From: Enoplolaimus lenunculus
Lineage: Eukaryota
Reading direction: 5' to 3'
DNA length: 64,000 nucleotides
NCBI GenBank assembly: GCA_030248215.1
Contig: JASANG010001107.1
Coordinates: 62,001-126,000 of the forward strand
The notes beneath the pieces are model-generated. The model was not told the origin of the DNA. It did not search any database and saw only the letters and a program-made list of their open reading frames with translations. Within the stretch, counting starts at the first letter, position 1, and each line of letters starts with the position of its first letter. The position numbers and the translations under genes were made by a program. Positions 1 through 15,816 of the stretch are shown here, in pieces.

Positions 1-439
1 TGCTATGACACCAAAATAGAACAGAAATCTATGTTGTGAATATATCCGCGACGTGCACTTAGCGCTGCATCTGAAGCTGAAATGAGTATTGTTGAAATGA
101 TTGAACATGTGACTGGAACAAGCTCTCAAATGAAGCTTCCATTTATATATACCTTGTTTTTCGTAATTTCTTTTTTATATGTTATCGTGAAACATTTAGC
201 TAGTGTTTTGTGGAACGAAATTGTATCACTGTGATAACATGTGTTTTGACAGCTTCAGCAGCAATTTTCGAATTTTTTATTTAATTCTGGGTTAGGCTTA
301 ATATTGGTGTCCAAGCCTGCTGCTCCATTAATAGGCTACCTCATTCTTATTAGTAAAATGTCAATTTGAACACTGTCGGTTTCGGTTTGCGGCTGGTTAA
401 TGATTTCTTTTGAGGTATGTCAGAATTGTACTATCGGTA

Positions 440-1240
440 CTGTCAGAACTTCATGGTCGGGATGACCCTTTCTCCGAAGTGCTGTGAATATACATTGTTT
501 TTCCCCTTAATTTCTCCGAAACATGGTCTCGCCGGGAATCGAACCTCGGATCTCTCGCTCACGAGTCAAGCGCGCTACCCATTACACCATGCGACCGATA
601 TATTATTCTCAAACACTATATGTGCACGCGGGTGCATGTGTCTTACATTACACACTATGCACATATACATGCTACACCAATATGCCAACATTCCCTCTTC
701 TTCAGGCGGTCATTCTCCGATGTGACAGGCGGATGCATTGACACAAAATGAAACCTCATGCTAATGCTGCACGTCGGTAAAACGAAGATGCATGTGTATG
801 TTGAGGTTCTTGTAAGGCATAAAAACAGAAAAACTAGCCGTTGATTGTAAGGCAGCGTGGCTCAGTACCTAGTGTGCTGGACTGATAATCTGTCGACCGA
901 GTTCGAAACCTTTTGGAACGTGCCTCATTTTCAGCTGCTAACTCAGAACAACACCGTCGTGCCCTTGCCTACCCAACTTATCAAATCCGAAGCATTTGGC
1001 TACGCTGGGAATCGAACCTCGGATTTCTTGCTCGCGAGTCAAGAGCGGTATATCCCCGTTACACCACGCGGCCGATATATTTTTCTCTAACACAATATGT
1101 GCACGTGTATGTATGTGTTACATTACATACTATGCATATACACATGCTGCACGCCGTGGGAAAATAAATGATTACGCTGGATATCGAACCTTTTCCCCCT
1201 AGGTCGAAGTCTAGCGCGCTACAACCTTATATGTGCATTT
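440..1240. repeat. Dispersed repeat containing several tRNA-like modules (524-596 -, 851-925 +, 997-1073 -, about 1170-1228 -)
   Basis: On the - strand: A box TGGTGTAATGG, B box GGTTCGATTCC, and a cloverleaf-like layout with mismatched stems. Flanks are shared with the copy at about 41330-41575. Confidence 0.75.
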
Positions 1241-1986
1241 TTACTTTACATACACCACTTACCGTGCACATATACCGACAGACAGGGTGTTTGACTGCTG
1301 TCTGGGGATTCGTATTTAAATTCAAATCGCTCGCGCAGCAGGACACACACGGGTTGTAAACGTTTGTATAGAAGTTTAGACAAATAAAATATTGAAAAAC
1401 ACCGTGTTTTAGGCACAAAATGTAATAAGTACTTTAGGCACTACATGCAGTATACAATAATTCGAATTCGCAAATACACTTTTAACAAATTTGAGAAATG
1501 GTCATCCCCAATTGTAGTTTCCATTTTAACTCAGGGACCAAATTATTTTCAAAGTTTGACATTGGAGTACTTGTGCTTTAGCAGCTCCTTCCTATAAGTA
1601 CGCTGGAACGTTGCCATGCGACTTGATAGGTCTATGGCTTCTGCAAACCTTTGGCAGAATAATTATGTTAACCTATCAAATTCTTTAAAATTAAAGGCAA
1701 CCTGTATTAGAATAAGGCCAGCGTATTTACAGTTAGAAATAAGGGAGAGAGCTCTAATTCAAAACTCGGGGCGCTCTGAGAAGAGGGAAAGCTAAGACAG
1801 GGTGATTTAAAACGCAAAAAGTAAAAACCTAGAATTTCAAGGTGAGATAGACCACCAAAAAAGTTTAAGCATTGTATGTTTTTCAAGGAAGCAAGCAGAG
1901 ATTATTAAAATATTGTGAACATGAATGAGTACGTATATGCATATTTTTACTAATATAATACATTATATATATATACTAGCTTGAAG

Positions 1987-4900
1987 ATGTCAGACGATCT
2001 CACTAATAATAACGATCACATTAGCAACGGTGATATTGATGATTCTGGCAGGCGGCGGACGGTGTCTTGGCGTCAAGCTTTTGCTTTCGGAGTTGGCCAT
2101 TTCTACAACGATCTTTGTGCCTCTATGTGGTTTTCATATATGCTGTTATTTTTGAAAAATGTGCTCAACTTTAGCAGTCCTGGTGCAGGTTGGTGAAAAC
2201 CTGTAGCAATAATATGACATAATAGCAGAACTGTTGTTGAAAACTACGCCTGGGGACAATAATTGATAACTTTTACCTTAGCGTGTACCACTGTTATAGC
2301 TAACCAGACGACAGAATCCATGAACGCGTATTTCCCACACATATCAAAGAAACAGTGTAGCCAACATATATGTAGTGATAGTCTACAAAAAATTAATGCA
2401 AGTGTACGACTGCAAGGTGCGTTCAAAACCTACGAATGACAGGCAGACAACCAGAGGTTTACTAACACAGTAAATAATACACATATAATAATGTGACAGA
2501 TTATTGACAGGAAATACGTTAGTTACATTTTACAAGTAAAATAGAAACAAATACTTAACGCATATTTACGTATTTCCGTCATAGCTTTCTAAACAGGTCT
2601 ATAATTAGACAGTTCGTGAAGTTTAAGTTTAAGCACGTGACCAAACCTTTTAGCATTTCTGGCTCTGACTAAAGGATAGTCAGTTACAACTTTAGGTAGC
2701 ACAACACAAATCAAGATGTGCAAATTTCGAAGTTACTTGCGGAAGGCAATTTTGATTCTATAAATTGCTATTTTTATTATATATTTGTGTTTCCGTGACG
2801 AGCTGCAAAGGGTAGGAATACACTTAACTTACGTAATTTTGATTTCCTAGACAGATAGACTTGTGGAAAATACGTAGTCTATAATATATATGCCTTTTGT
2901 ACACTTTATATGTATTATATCATATAATTCCAGGCTATATAATTCTGATTGGTCAATTAACTGACGGGCTGGCAACGCCTTTAGTAGGCATTGAAGCAGA
3001 TAGCAGGCGGTTTCGTTCATTCGCGTTGTATGGGCAACGAAAATCGTGGCATGGAATTGGTATGTTTTGCACGTTTTATTTTGTTTGCATTTTTAACGTA
3101 GAATTTTTTAAGCCTAACACAATTTTATTTCCCGAACAATGTGTGAAACTTGTATGGCAATAACCTAACGGCGTAAGCACGTTATGTGCAAAAAATGTAA
3201 TCAAAAATTTTCAAATATTTTCCCTCACACTAAACTATGAATCCCTCTTAATTCGTACCTATCAGTTTTAGTAAAAGTTGTTATTAACTGCTGCAATTAT
3301 CGCAATTTTATTTGCTCTACCTGTTGTTTTTAATATTAATACAGTTCGCTGTGTTTTGAGAGAATAGATAATTTAACCTAAAAGCTACGGAGAAGATTAT
3401 TTCTTTGAAACAGCCTGTGGGTAACCGTTTCTTGTTTAGACTCCGTCCGAACCAGTGAAGCAAAATGTCTTGCTTCGTCGTTTTTATTGCTGCAGTACAC
3501 CCGTATTAATGTATAAACCTATAGGAACAATATTGGTGTCAATATCGTTTCCGTTCTTGTTCATGAACTGCCTAAAGTGCTCGTATGCGGAAACCCCCGA
3601 ATTTGCTAAATTGATTTACTTCATTCCGTTCGTTGTGATCTTTCAAATCGGCTGGGCAACCGTCCAAATCTCGCACCTGGCTTTGATTCCAGAATTGTCT
3701 TCTTCGTTAAGGGATCGTACAACATTAAACGGCTTAAGGTTAGCTTCTAATGTGTATTTAACATGTTTCTGTTGTGCAACAAGTTTGTAATGCATAACGT
3801 AGTTTAGCCGTGAGGAAACACTTAGAGACAGTTTCTAATGAGTTGTCCAAATGAAAAATTCAGTTAAAAGTGAAACAAAACATATATAAACTGAATAAAG
3901 TTTAAGCAATTGACGTTCATTGTTTCATAGTAATACCTAATTTTTGTGAATTCGAACCGATTTTTACGCTCATCGCTCACGTTATTATATAATGGACTGT
4001 CCTCTTGGTTGCTGCAGTAGTTGTGACCAGGTGATTTTTTTAGTTGAGCGACATATTATTTAAAACTCTTGTTAGCGGTTTGGCGCAAACATTCGCTAAT
4101 ATTGTTTAACGGTGTCTATCATTAGGTGCACTGGCGTTAAGAATAATCGCCGTTTGCACAAAGGCAGTCACCGATAGATTTACTAGGTAGCAATTTGTAG
4201 TCGTTTTTGTGTTTATCGCTGACTAAAAATGGTTTATATCAATGCTTTATGTATGTACTGTAAAGTTTTTTCACCTTGTCTAGATCAAATTTAACACTGT
4301 AATGTAGTTACGAACAGAATTTAGTGTACGTAATCTTATTTGAATCCAAATTGATTATTAGATGTTCAGCAACTCTAGTTAATGACCCATGTTAAGTATA
4401 AGGAAATGCCCACTGACATGTTAACCGAAATATATACACCTACGCAATCCTACGTCTTGCTATCTCGAAATCTATACATCTCAATGGTTCCCAGGCGCAG
4501 TCCCCTGTAGTTTAAATAGACCGTCGCTGTCATTATCGTGAGAATCACGATTGATTAGCATGTATATTCTGATTTTTATTCGTTGTAAGCAGGATTATTT
4601 TAGTGAAAAAGTGAAAGTAACAAATTTCTGTGTATATCGCGTTAGTCTTGCAGGCGGTATATGTAATTTGCAAATAGAGTTCTGTAAAAATATTAGCAAT
4701 TTACTTACCAGCAGTATAAACAATTTGTAAATACAAAAACGATGTTGGTTTATTAAACTTGGATAGTACAAATTGTAGTGCTATATCACTTAAATTATTA
4801 ATTTGCATTAGTCTCCACAGATCTGTATCTACTGTGTGCAGCTCATAAATGTAGTTCTATATTGCAGGCGTGCCTTCCCTTAATTTTAGCATTATACTAC

Positions 4901-7900
4901 TCAGTTATGGAACGTACTAAGCTAACATTCGTTGAGCTGAAAAAATCTCCATTGTTCGTGACACAAAGAATCATTAGTTAAATGTATCGTGTGATTATTT
5001 TCATTACAGGTACGGCTTTACGGTGATTGCTAATCTATCGATATTTCTTTTGGCGTGGGTTATGTTTGGCACGGATACTTCGCATACGTATGATGTAAAC
5101 AGATATGATTTGTCTAAATTTCGAGTAAGTGGTGCATCTGATTTACACTGCGCAATACTGTGCGATGATTGATCAGGTGAAGAAATAGCAAAGGTTTGCG
5201 TACTCATTTCTTTTCTTTATGTAGCAATACGGTAAAGGCAAAAGTAAAATCAAAATGACATGATGGAAATTGATTCCGATAATGAGACGTGATGTTTTAG
5301 AGAGTGAGCGTGGCGCTATACTTGTAGTGTGGCAGCAATACGTCGCCAGGCGGTTCTACAAATCAAAAAAAATTGTTACAAATTCAGTACTATGCGGCAA
5401 TTAATGTCCGTTGCAGAATTGTATCAGACTATTAATATGGTCAAACGCAGAGTTATCCTAAGTTTACTATATGTTTTTTATGCTTAACCAGATTAATTGA
5501 AACTTACTAAGATGTGTCCGAAATTTAGGTTATGGGACTGATTGCGATCGGTGTCGGTGTAGCAACCTCTTTATTGTTTCACATCGGTACACGTGAACGG
5601 CGCAGCTATCGAACATACGCGCCAGACGAATTTGACAATGCATCGGTTGATTCAAATAGTACAACTGGGGCAGGTGATATCGATCGTGATGATTTGCTGG
5701 CTGCCGACCATACACGCAGACCTGCGTCGCGAACTCGACGGTGGCGAGATTGGTTTCGCGATTATCAGTTTTATCAGGTAAAGTGACGTGCCGACACCGA
5801 TGCCGATTAATCACCATATCTCTACTGACAGACGTATTTTTGAGATGAAACCACCTGGCTTTAAGCTCGTTTTAGTTGAACTGTATATAGTAATCAGGGT
5901 GTAACCGGAATTCTGGTTCCGGTAGGCAAATCCGGTGTATTTCACTTTCCGGTTCCGGTAAAAAATCCGGTATTTTTTCACAGGAATTTTCCGGTATTTT
6001 CGGTATTGAAAATTTTTCTCGTTCGAAATTTTAAGCAAACTTGATATATTATTCTAATTTATTTTTGTAAAATTTGTCTGAACGTGTATTGCCAAAATTT
6101 TTTATGTGTGTCATACTTTATAATTGATCATACGTTTACAGCTACTGCATTTGTTTGAGGATTTTGGCACCCTAATTGGTTTGTTAACACCGTTAAAAGC
6201 GATAAAATAGCGTTAAAAATTAATTTTTCGATAACAATTTTTTGTTTTCCGGTTCCTGTATTTTTTAACTTTCCGGTTCCTGTTCTGGTATTTTATAATT
6301 CTAGTTGCATCCTGATAGTAATGTAATGAATAATGAATACATTATACAGATATCGTTACCTTATTGATGAATAATGTTGAGACTAAATGGAAGCGCTGGT
6401 TTAAACAAAATTGTAAACTGTAGCCAAATGTGAACTGCCAAATAGTATAATATAAGGCATGACCTTCAACCGGATTAAATTGTATTTGCTCTAAAATTGT
6501 AGTCGTTTAGTGTAGTAGTACCACCGCTGCTAACTCGTTCTAAAATTTGATGCAAATGTACATCTTGTCTTTTAGGCCTTGAAATGCAGTAACTTTTGCT
6601 ATGTCGTTACTCTAATACATTTTGGTGTCTAAGTAAAGTGTGTTTTGTTTTAGATGGCCATATTGTACGTGTGTACACGATTATTTGTTAATGTTAGTCA
6701 AGTTTATTTGCCATTGTATATATTGGAAACACAACATTTTGCCAAGGTATGTATTAACAATATGGTATTATTTTTCTCTTCTTTCGTTATATTTCTTTTT
6801 CATCATAATTTTTTGTAATGAATTACGCGATTAATAACTTAGATGTCATGCATAAATTGTCTTTATGAGTTGTCATGTCGGTTAGGCATACTTAGATAAT
6901 TACTAAAATGTTTTTTGTATTGTGACAACTACTTCTCCTATGTTTAATTTTGGTAATTTGTTTCCAGGAATATATCGCTATTGTGCCTTTGGTTACATAT
7001 TCAAGTAGTTTTGTCGTGTCAGTCTTGTTTTCTTCGAAATTATGTGACTTTCTGCTTTTGCGGCGTGAGGTAAAGTGGCATTAGTAGCTGTGTAGAATGC
7101 GCTTGTGATTTTAATTAACAATTTATTTCGTGTCCGACCTCAGTTTTGAGATTTGTGACCTGAAACAAAAATTCTTTATTAATACAAGTATTTAAATTTT
7201 TTAATGTTTAAAACTGAAAAAACATGTTGCCGAACATTGTTCAATTCGGCTTTTGGAATCGGCTTTTTCATATCCGAATCCGAACCACAAATTTTTGCCG
7301 TCAAGGGCCAAGTGCTGCACTTTGCTTAAAATGTCTAACCCGGAAAAATATTATGTTTCTATTTTTTGTATGAACTGTTCTTTTAGACAACGTTTGTATT
7401 CGGTGTCATGTTAGGTCTTTCAAGTTGCATTTGGATGTGGTTTCATAATTTACACATGCAAATATTTGGCGTTGCTTCATTTCTTGGTATTGCATCTGCT
7501 ATATTGCTTATTACTTCGTTGTCTATGGTCAGCGATATGATTGGCGATCATATGGTAAGCTTATTAGTCAACACGGCATTTATAGTCTTGGCTATATTAT
7601 CAAACGCGCATGGCACCTATCTTTAGTAGTTGATGTTAGGCCTTCACCTTTTGAAGTAACGAATGATGATTTCGAATTTTTGGATTTGGCGGACCATGAG
7701 CTTTAATTGTTGTAAATACCTGTTTCAGCTGTTTTTTGTAAAGCACTGTAATCTACAGTATTAGTGTCTATCACGACTATGCCAATTAAGTGATATTTTG
7801 AAGTCAGTTGGAATGCTATCAATTTCATTTTGGTCGCATATCAATGCGTCTGATCATGGAAACTGTTATCTCTCCTGTTTGAAAAAATTGATTGAAGTGA

Positions 7901-9372
7901 ACCCTTCTGATAAAATTATAATCACTTAAGTCTTCATATAGTGATGTAATGTAGTATCCTACGGTTTATTGAGCATAGTGTGCTAGCAAAATTGAAAAAT
8001 CGGCATCAGCGAAAATTTTGGTATCGGTACATTCCTGTTCATTTTGTTTAGAAAAGTGGTGCATTTGTGTTTGGTGCGATGAGTTTCTGTGATAAACTAG
8101 CGAACGGCGCTGCAATTCAGCTGGTTCAGTCGCTGGAACCGATATGTACACGAAACTGTGATAAAAAGGATTGGTATTTTCGTAACGTAATGGTGTTCGT
8201 ACCCGGTGGTGCGTTATTAATCGCTTTACTTGCCCTGGCACTGCGTACTCCGGCTCTCATTTACGGAAAACGACTAGGAAATCAAGGTTTGTAATGATAT
8301 TAGTATGCAGGGCGTACGTCGTCTCGGAGAGGGGGGCCGCCCTGAAATCCGAGTTCCCCCGACTCCGGCAGACGAAACAGTGCTATAATTGGCAAATTTT
8401 GAAATAGAGTTTACTGGTTCAGTTTCTTGTGAGTTCAATGTCAAACCTGTTTGAATGCATTTAAAACAATATTTAACGACCCGCATGAAATGTGGTCCGT
8501 GAAGCGTACTATCGTTAGGAAAATTTGCGTTTATGTGAAATAATACGTATCGGCAAGGGCCAGCGAGCAAGCTGAAACATGAATTTTAACGTGTAAAAAC
8601 TTTCCCATAGTTTCGCGAAGTACTGAAGGTCTCGCAATCAGCGTAGCTAAACCAAAGGAATACTGTGTAAAAGGTTGGCTTGTATTTTATCTAAGTATTT
8701 ACAAAAACGCAGTCGCCATTTTGAAACCATTACTTTTCGTGGTTTCTGTTTTTAAATGCAGTCAGAACTTTACCACTTGAAATTCCCAAAGTACAAACTA
8801 AAATTGGACATTCGCCATTCACTGTGAACGAATAGTACAGTATACAAAATATACATCCTCGAATGGAATCATGATTATATTAAAGCAATGAAACTTATCT
8901 AAACGTTAAAAGTTTAAAGCTGTGTGAAAGAGCCTGATTTGAGTTAAAGCTGAAATCGTAAAATATAGTAGTTATTAGTAAATCGGTTTATTCTGTCTAA
9001 CTCAAAGTTATTGTACGTGTGTACACATTAATTCACGTAGAAGAACTATTTAAAGTAGTCACCGAACAAGTTCAAACTAATGCACGTCGAATCACATTAT
9101 ATACGGCGCCCGAACTGTTGCTGTTAAATAAATTATTCAATTTGTTCAGTGAGTTTGAAAACTTAAACTATTATATTGGTATTTATCACTGTGAAATAAA
9201 GAAGTGTCGTACAAAATTCTATAACCTTCAATAAAAAACAAAATAGTACTGGAATATTCTTTTGTTTGACCGCGCATAACGTTTTGTTTGTCCACGCATA
9301 AATAAAATCAATTCAATTTCAGAATATAACAGCGCATTGGTGGGATCCGGACAACCGTTGTCAAGTGAATGA
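1987..9372 (+). CDS. MFSD12: MFS domain-containing protein 12 (lysosomal/melanosomal cysteine importer family), 10 coding exons, 517 aa
   Basis: Exons 1987-2188, 2934-3059, 3525-3738, 5010-5124, 5529-5777, 6654-6746, 6968-7069, 7387-7554, 8052-8286, 9323-9372. All introns are GT-AG, phases are consistent, and the total is 1554 nt. MFSD12 signatures: GVGHFYNDLCASMWFSY, GQLTDGLATPLVG, YGQRKSWHGIG, FQIGWATVQISHLALIP, LYVCTRLFVNVSQVY, SGAFVFGAMSFCDKLANG. The last exon is the least certain. Confidence 0.93.
5895..6314. mobile_element. hAT-type MITE in MFSD12 intron 5
   Basis: TIRs CAGGGTGTAACC / TAGTTGCATCCTG. Perfect 8-bp TSD ATAGTAAT (5887-5894, 6315-6322). CCGG-rich subterminal repeats. Confidence 0.9.
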
Positions 9373-9662
9373 TATCAAATTTAACATAAACAAGATAGGG
9401 CACAAATTGTTGCTTCATCTTTGTGCATTTTTTAATTCGTTTCCAAGGTTACTAGCTTATTTTACGGTATGATTTTGTGTTTATTATTGTTTTTGTTCTT
9501 GAACTGACCTGCTTTTGTTTTGGGTGCAGGGCGCCAAATCCTCCAGTACGTCGTATTCGCCGTTTCAGCAGTGAAACAGCGCGCATTAGAAGCCTGTGGC
9601 TCTATCATGCACGCCTTCTTTTCATCTTGTATATACATAATGTATTGCGTATACGTAAGCAG

Positions 9663-10000
9663 CAGGGTACAACCGGAGGTCTGCCTGCGGCTCCGGCAGA
9701 AATTCGGCTACCGGCTCCGGCTTAGGTAGAATTGTTGTCGGAGGTTTCGGCACTTTCGGTAATAAAATGTTGCATGATTTTGCAAAATTTATCTGTTTAG
9801 CACGTTTCGTTTTACTTTTGTTACTATTTTCAGGAAAGAATTTCCAAAATTACGCAGAAAATCAGCGTAAAACACAAACAACTTAACAATATATTTCAGA
9901 TATTGGCTGAAATTAACTAATTAACCGTCACTTTTACTACCTAATTTCGCCTCACCTCCAGCACAGGCTCCGGCAAGTTTCGTTTACCTCCGGCTTCGGT
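9663..10000. mobile_element. hAT-like MITE family starting CAGGGTACAACCGGAGG (further pieces at 29941-30124, 30749-31058, 48172-48370)
   Basis: Shared terminus. 29941-30124 is a diverged reverse complement of about 9835-9995. Confidence 0.75.
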
Positions 10001-10723
10001 TGCTGCTGTTGATTTGGGACGGTTGAATATTTCTTGGCGTAACATGAGCCAGAAGCAGTATAAACAAGAAAGGGCACATCACTAAGTATATATATGTGAA
10101 TTATTTCAAGCTCTAGTATATAAGTAGTTTGTTATACCATACTTAAAACATGCTGTATTGTTATTCTTTATGCGAGAGCCTTTTCCGTTATATGCTAAAG
10201 TTTCTAAGGAAGCAGTTATGTATATTGGGCAAATTAATGCAACGATTTCTTTAAATAACTCAAGCGTGATTTTTGTTTTGTTTTAGCTGGTGGTTTGTTT
10301 TCGACGTGCTTTATTTTTTGATCTGTTCCTTTTTTTAAATATTAAATTTGACCTTACAATTAATTATGTGAACGAGCTGTTCAGAAGAGACTTGGAACTA
10401 ATATTTAACATGCATTGAAATGTTGTGTTCGTAGCTAGTGATTGTTCGGCAAACCTAAAGCGTGAGTATAAGCCTATAATTAAGCCTAAGCAAAAAAAAT
10501 CCCGAATAAGAGTACATAAAGGATAGTATCCATAAACCCTAATTAGAGCCTATAAATGTCTATTCCTAATTGTAGAACGGAATCGGGCAGTAATCCAATT
10601 ATAACGGAAACAGATATGTACTGACCCGAATAAGAAAGGGTCCCTATTTTGAGTCCCCATCAATAGGAATCTGTATCCCTGATATGAGTCCGTAAGCGGA
10701 TAGAGTCCCTAAACACTATTTAG

Positions 10724-11125
10724 CAGGGTGCAACCGGAATTCCGGTATCGGTATGGAAATCGGGTATTTCACACTATCCGGTTCCGGTAAAACCGGTATT
10801 TTTCACGGGAATTTTGCGGTATTTTCGGTATTGAAAAATTTTCTCATTCGAAAATTTTACAAAAATTGCTGTCTGAGCGTGTGTTGCCAAAATTTTCAAT
10901 TTGTGCCATACTCCATAATTTATCATGTTTCCACCTGCTGCATTTGTTTCAGGAGTTTGACAATCTAAAATAATGTGTTTAAAGCATTAAAAGCGACACA
11001 ATAGCGTTAAAAACAAATTTTCGGTAACGTGTGTTTTTTATTTTCCGGTTCCGGTCTTTTTTATCGTTCCGGTTCCGTTTTTTACCTTTCCAGTTCCGGT
11101 ATTTTATAATTCTGGTTGCACCCTG
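10724..11125. mobile_element. hAT-type MITE (same family as 5895-6314), nested in another repeat
   Basis: TIRs CAGGGTGCAACC / GGTTGCACCCTG. TSD CTATTTAG/CTAATTAG. Internal sequence aligns with 5895-6314. Confidence 0.9.
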
Positions 11126-13189
11126 CTAATTAGAGTTCATAAATGTCAATTATCACGAATTATAGCGCATAGATGACTCTAGGACCAAATAAAGTTGAGT
11201 TCGAAACTATTGCTCAAGTTTTTGATACGAGACAAACGCTAACTCAACGGATATATGCAACACCGGATATATCACAGTACACGAAAGGTGGTGGGGAGAA
11301 CGGGATACAAATAAAAGTCCGTAACCGAATAGCAGGGTGCCGGGTTACCCTATGTAGAGGCCAAATAAATGTCAGTCTCTCCCCCTCTTATTCAGGTCAC
11401 TGAAAGATGTTTTATTTTTCTACTCGCATAATTGAGGCATCGAAATATATTCACTTGACTTTGTAAAATTTTAAGGAAAAAGCAGCGGATGCAGTAAAAT
11501 TATTAAGATTTTTAAATTTTCGTAATTATTTTTTCATATGGAACAATTGCAGAATATGTGTAATAAAAGCTGAGAGATATATACAGCTGATTTGTAACTA
11601 ATTTAAAGCGCAAAAATAACAGAATTTCCGGTGTTTCTATGACGTAAACGGACACCGATTTTTACCAGAAACGGATATCCATTTTATGCCATGGCCTACT
11701 CTGTTATAGTCTGCGAAAACACGGTTCATCCCTCAAAGTTAACATTGCCCGTTTTCTACGCTAACCCAACGGCGCAGAATAGACCTGCGGCTCCGGCAGA
11801 CAATGTTTGCGAAAGGTTCCGATACTTTGTATTGTGTAATTTTTCGTATAATTTTATAAATTGAGCGCCCTTCAATGAGTTTATTTGCAACTTTGGTTTA
11901 TTTTTGAACGCTTTGATTGCCGAAATTTATCAAAAAATCACCTTATAACAATTTTATGACATTTGCTTTGCAGATTATTCTTAAAACAATTGTATGTGAA
12001 ATTTTTCAGTTTACTTCATTTCGTGTTCTGCTTACAATGTGTCGACCGGGTTTAACCACCGGTGCACTGGAGGTATAATGCATTGTACCTGAATCGAAAA
12101 TGAAGCAAAAGTTTATGTGTTAAACTTTTATGTAATTGTTAAACTTTTATGTAATTGTTAAATTGTTAATTTTAACGAATTTATGAGTACCTTCGGTTTA
12201 GGAATACGCTTATACTACTGTTTTTGCGCTATTCCGGCCGCGCTTCTGTCGCACTTGGCTTTTGTGTTGTATCCAATTGTGTAAATGTCTACTTTTATTA
12301 AACAGTAAAGCATGAACGCTATACATCTAGCGGATATATAAATGTGCAAAATCACAATGCAACATGAAAAGGTTGTACTTTACTAGAAATCTTAAGAAAT
12401 GTTCTACGAAGTGAATTGGTTTGTAACGGTATTCGTAATAACAACAATGCACAAAACACAGGCGAAGATAGTTCGGCTATTAAGTGCAACTTCAAATAAA
12501 GTTTTTTGAGGGACGAAAAATATTTTTATGACAAGAAATGTTTATTTGGGTTCACAGGCGCGTAGCCTGCAGAAAGTAAAAAAATTGATGGCGCAATGTA
12601 GGCAAGGCAGCTGTTCATTAAACATGCAAAACGCAGTGAAGATTTAGGGAATTAAAGCCGTATTCTCAACTGTGTATAACACCTATCACCACTTTGCGAT
12701 AGGTTTTGTAGTTTCAAACCAGTAAATGTTTTGCGGTCATAAATTCAGCCATGTTGTCGATGATATATGAATGAGTGTACGAGGGTAGGATAAAAAAATT
12801 TGGCTTTTGTTTGTGGGTATATCTACCCATGGATAAAAAACTTGGAAATGTGACAAAAAATTTCTCCGAGTTTGCCTTAACGGGTAAAAGTGTTGCTGGC
12901 ATGCCTAACTGTGGCCAGTTTTAGCGTTGGAATGCGGTAAAAAACAATATGTTGCAGCAAGGACGGATGCAGCGGGCTTCATTGGGCGCCCGTGAAGGCA
13001 ATCAAGTGTATTGCATCAACGTCTCGTATTCATTCCGTGGATTCGAGTCAGTGAACCACAACTCCCGTCAAATATTTGCTGGATCCGCCCGTGTGCAATG
13101 AGCAGCAAAACATGTAGCTAATATTTAGCTCAAAATTATTAGCGAAAATAAATTAATAATAAGCAGCACCACCACAAAGTTTTCGTTTT

Positions 13190-15546
<2,357 letters not shown>

Positions 15547-15601
15547 TTTTAAGTGAGGTGATATCGCTGAAATTGTTTTATACGCAACTATAGTATTATA
15601 T

Positions 15602-15816
15602 GGCCAATGTTACTTTTAGGGGTGTAACAGTAGATGAAGTGTATTCCTAAACCTAAGCCTAAACCTAAGCGTTGCAAAAATGTGTTCCTAAACCTAAGCC
15701 TAAGCCTAAGCGTAACCCTAAGCAAAAAATGTAATATCGAATCTAATCCTACACTTTTATAGACCCACTAGAAATCTGAACGCCCCTTAAAGTAACATGG
15801 GCAAGTAACATGGGCC
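15602..15816. mobile_element. GG-terminal MITE family A with internal (GCCTAA)n
   Basis: TIR GGCCAATGTTACTTT / AAAGTAACATGGGC(C), with internal CCTAAG arrays. Homologous to 16964, 43176, 53509 and 62656. Confidence 0.85.

Noticed and set aside
1..234. 3' end of an upstream gene with a hydrophobic tail
   Set aside because: Frame 1 is interrupted by TGA at 37-39 and no homology was recognised. It cannot be resolved at the window edge.
524..1073. Functional tRNA genes
   Set aside because: Acceptor and anticodon stems have mismatches, the anticodon differs between related copies, and the cassettes sit within a dispersed repeat.
5811..6038. Short ORFs inside MITEs (also 10753-10968, 37970-38336, 45142-45327)
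   Set aside because: Low-complexity translations of non-autonomous elements, with no transposase motifs.
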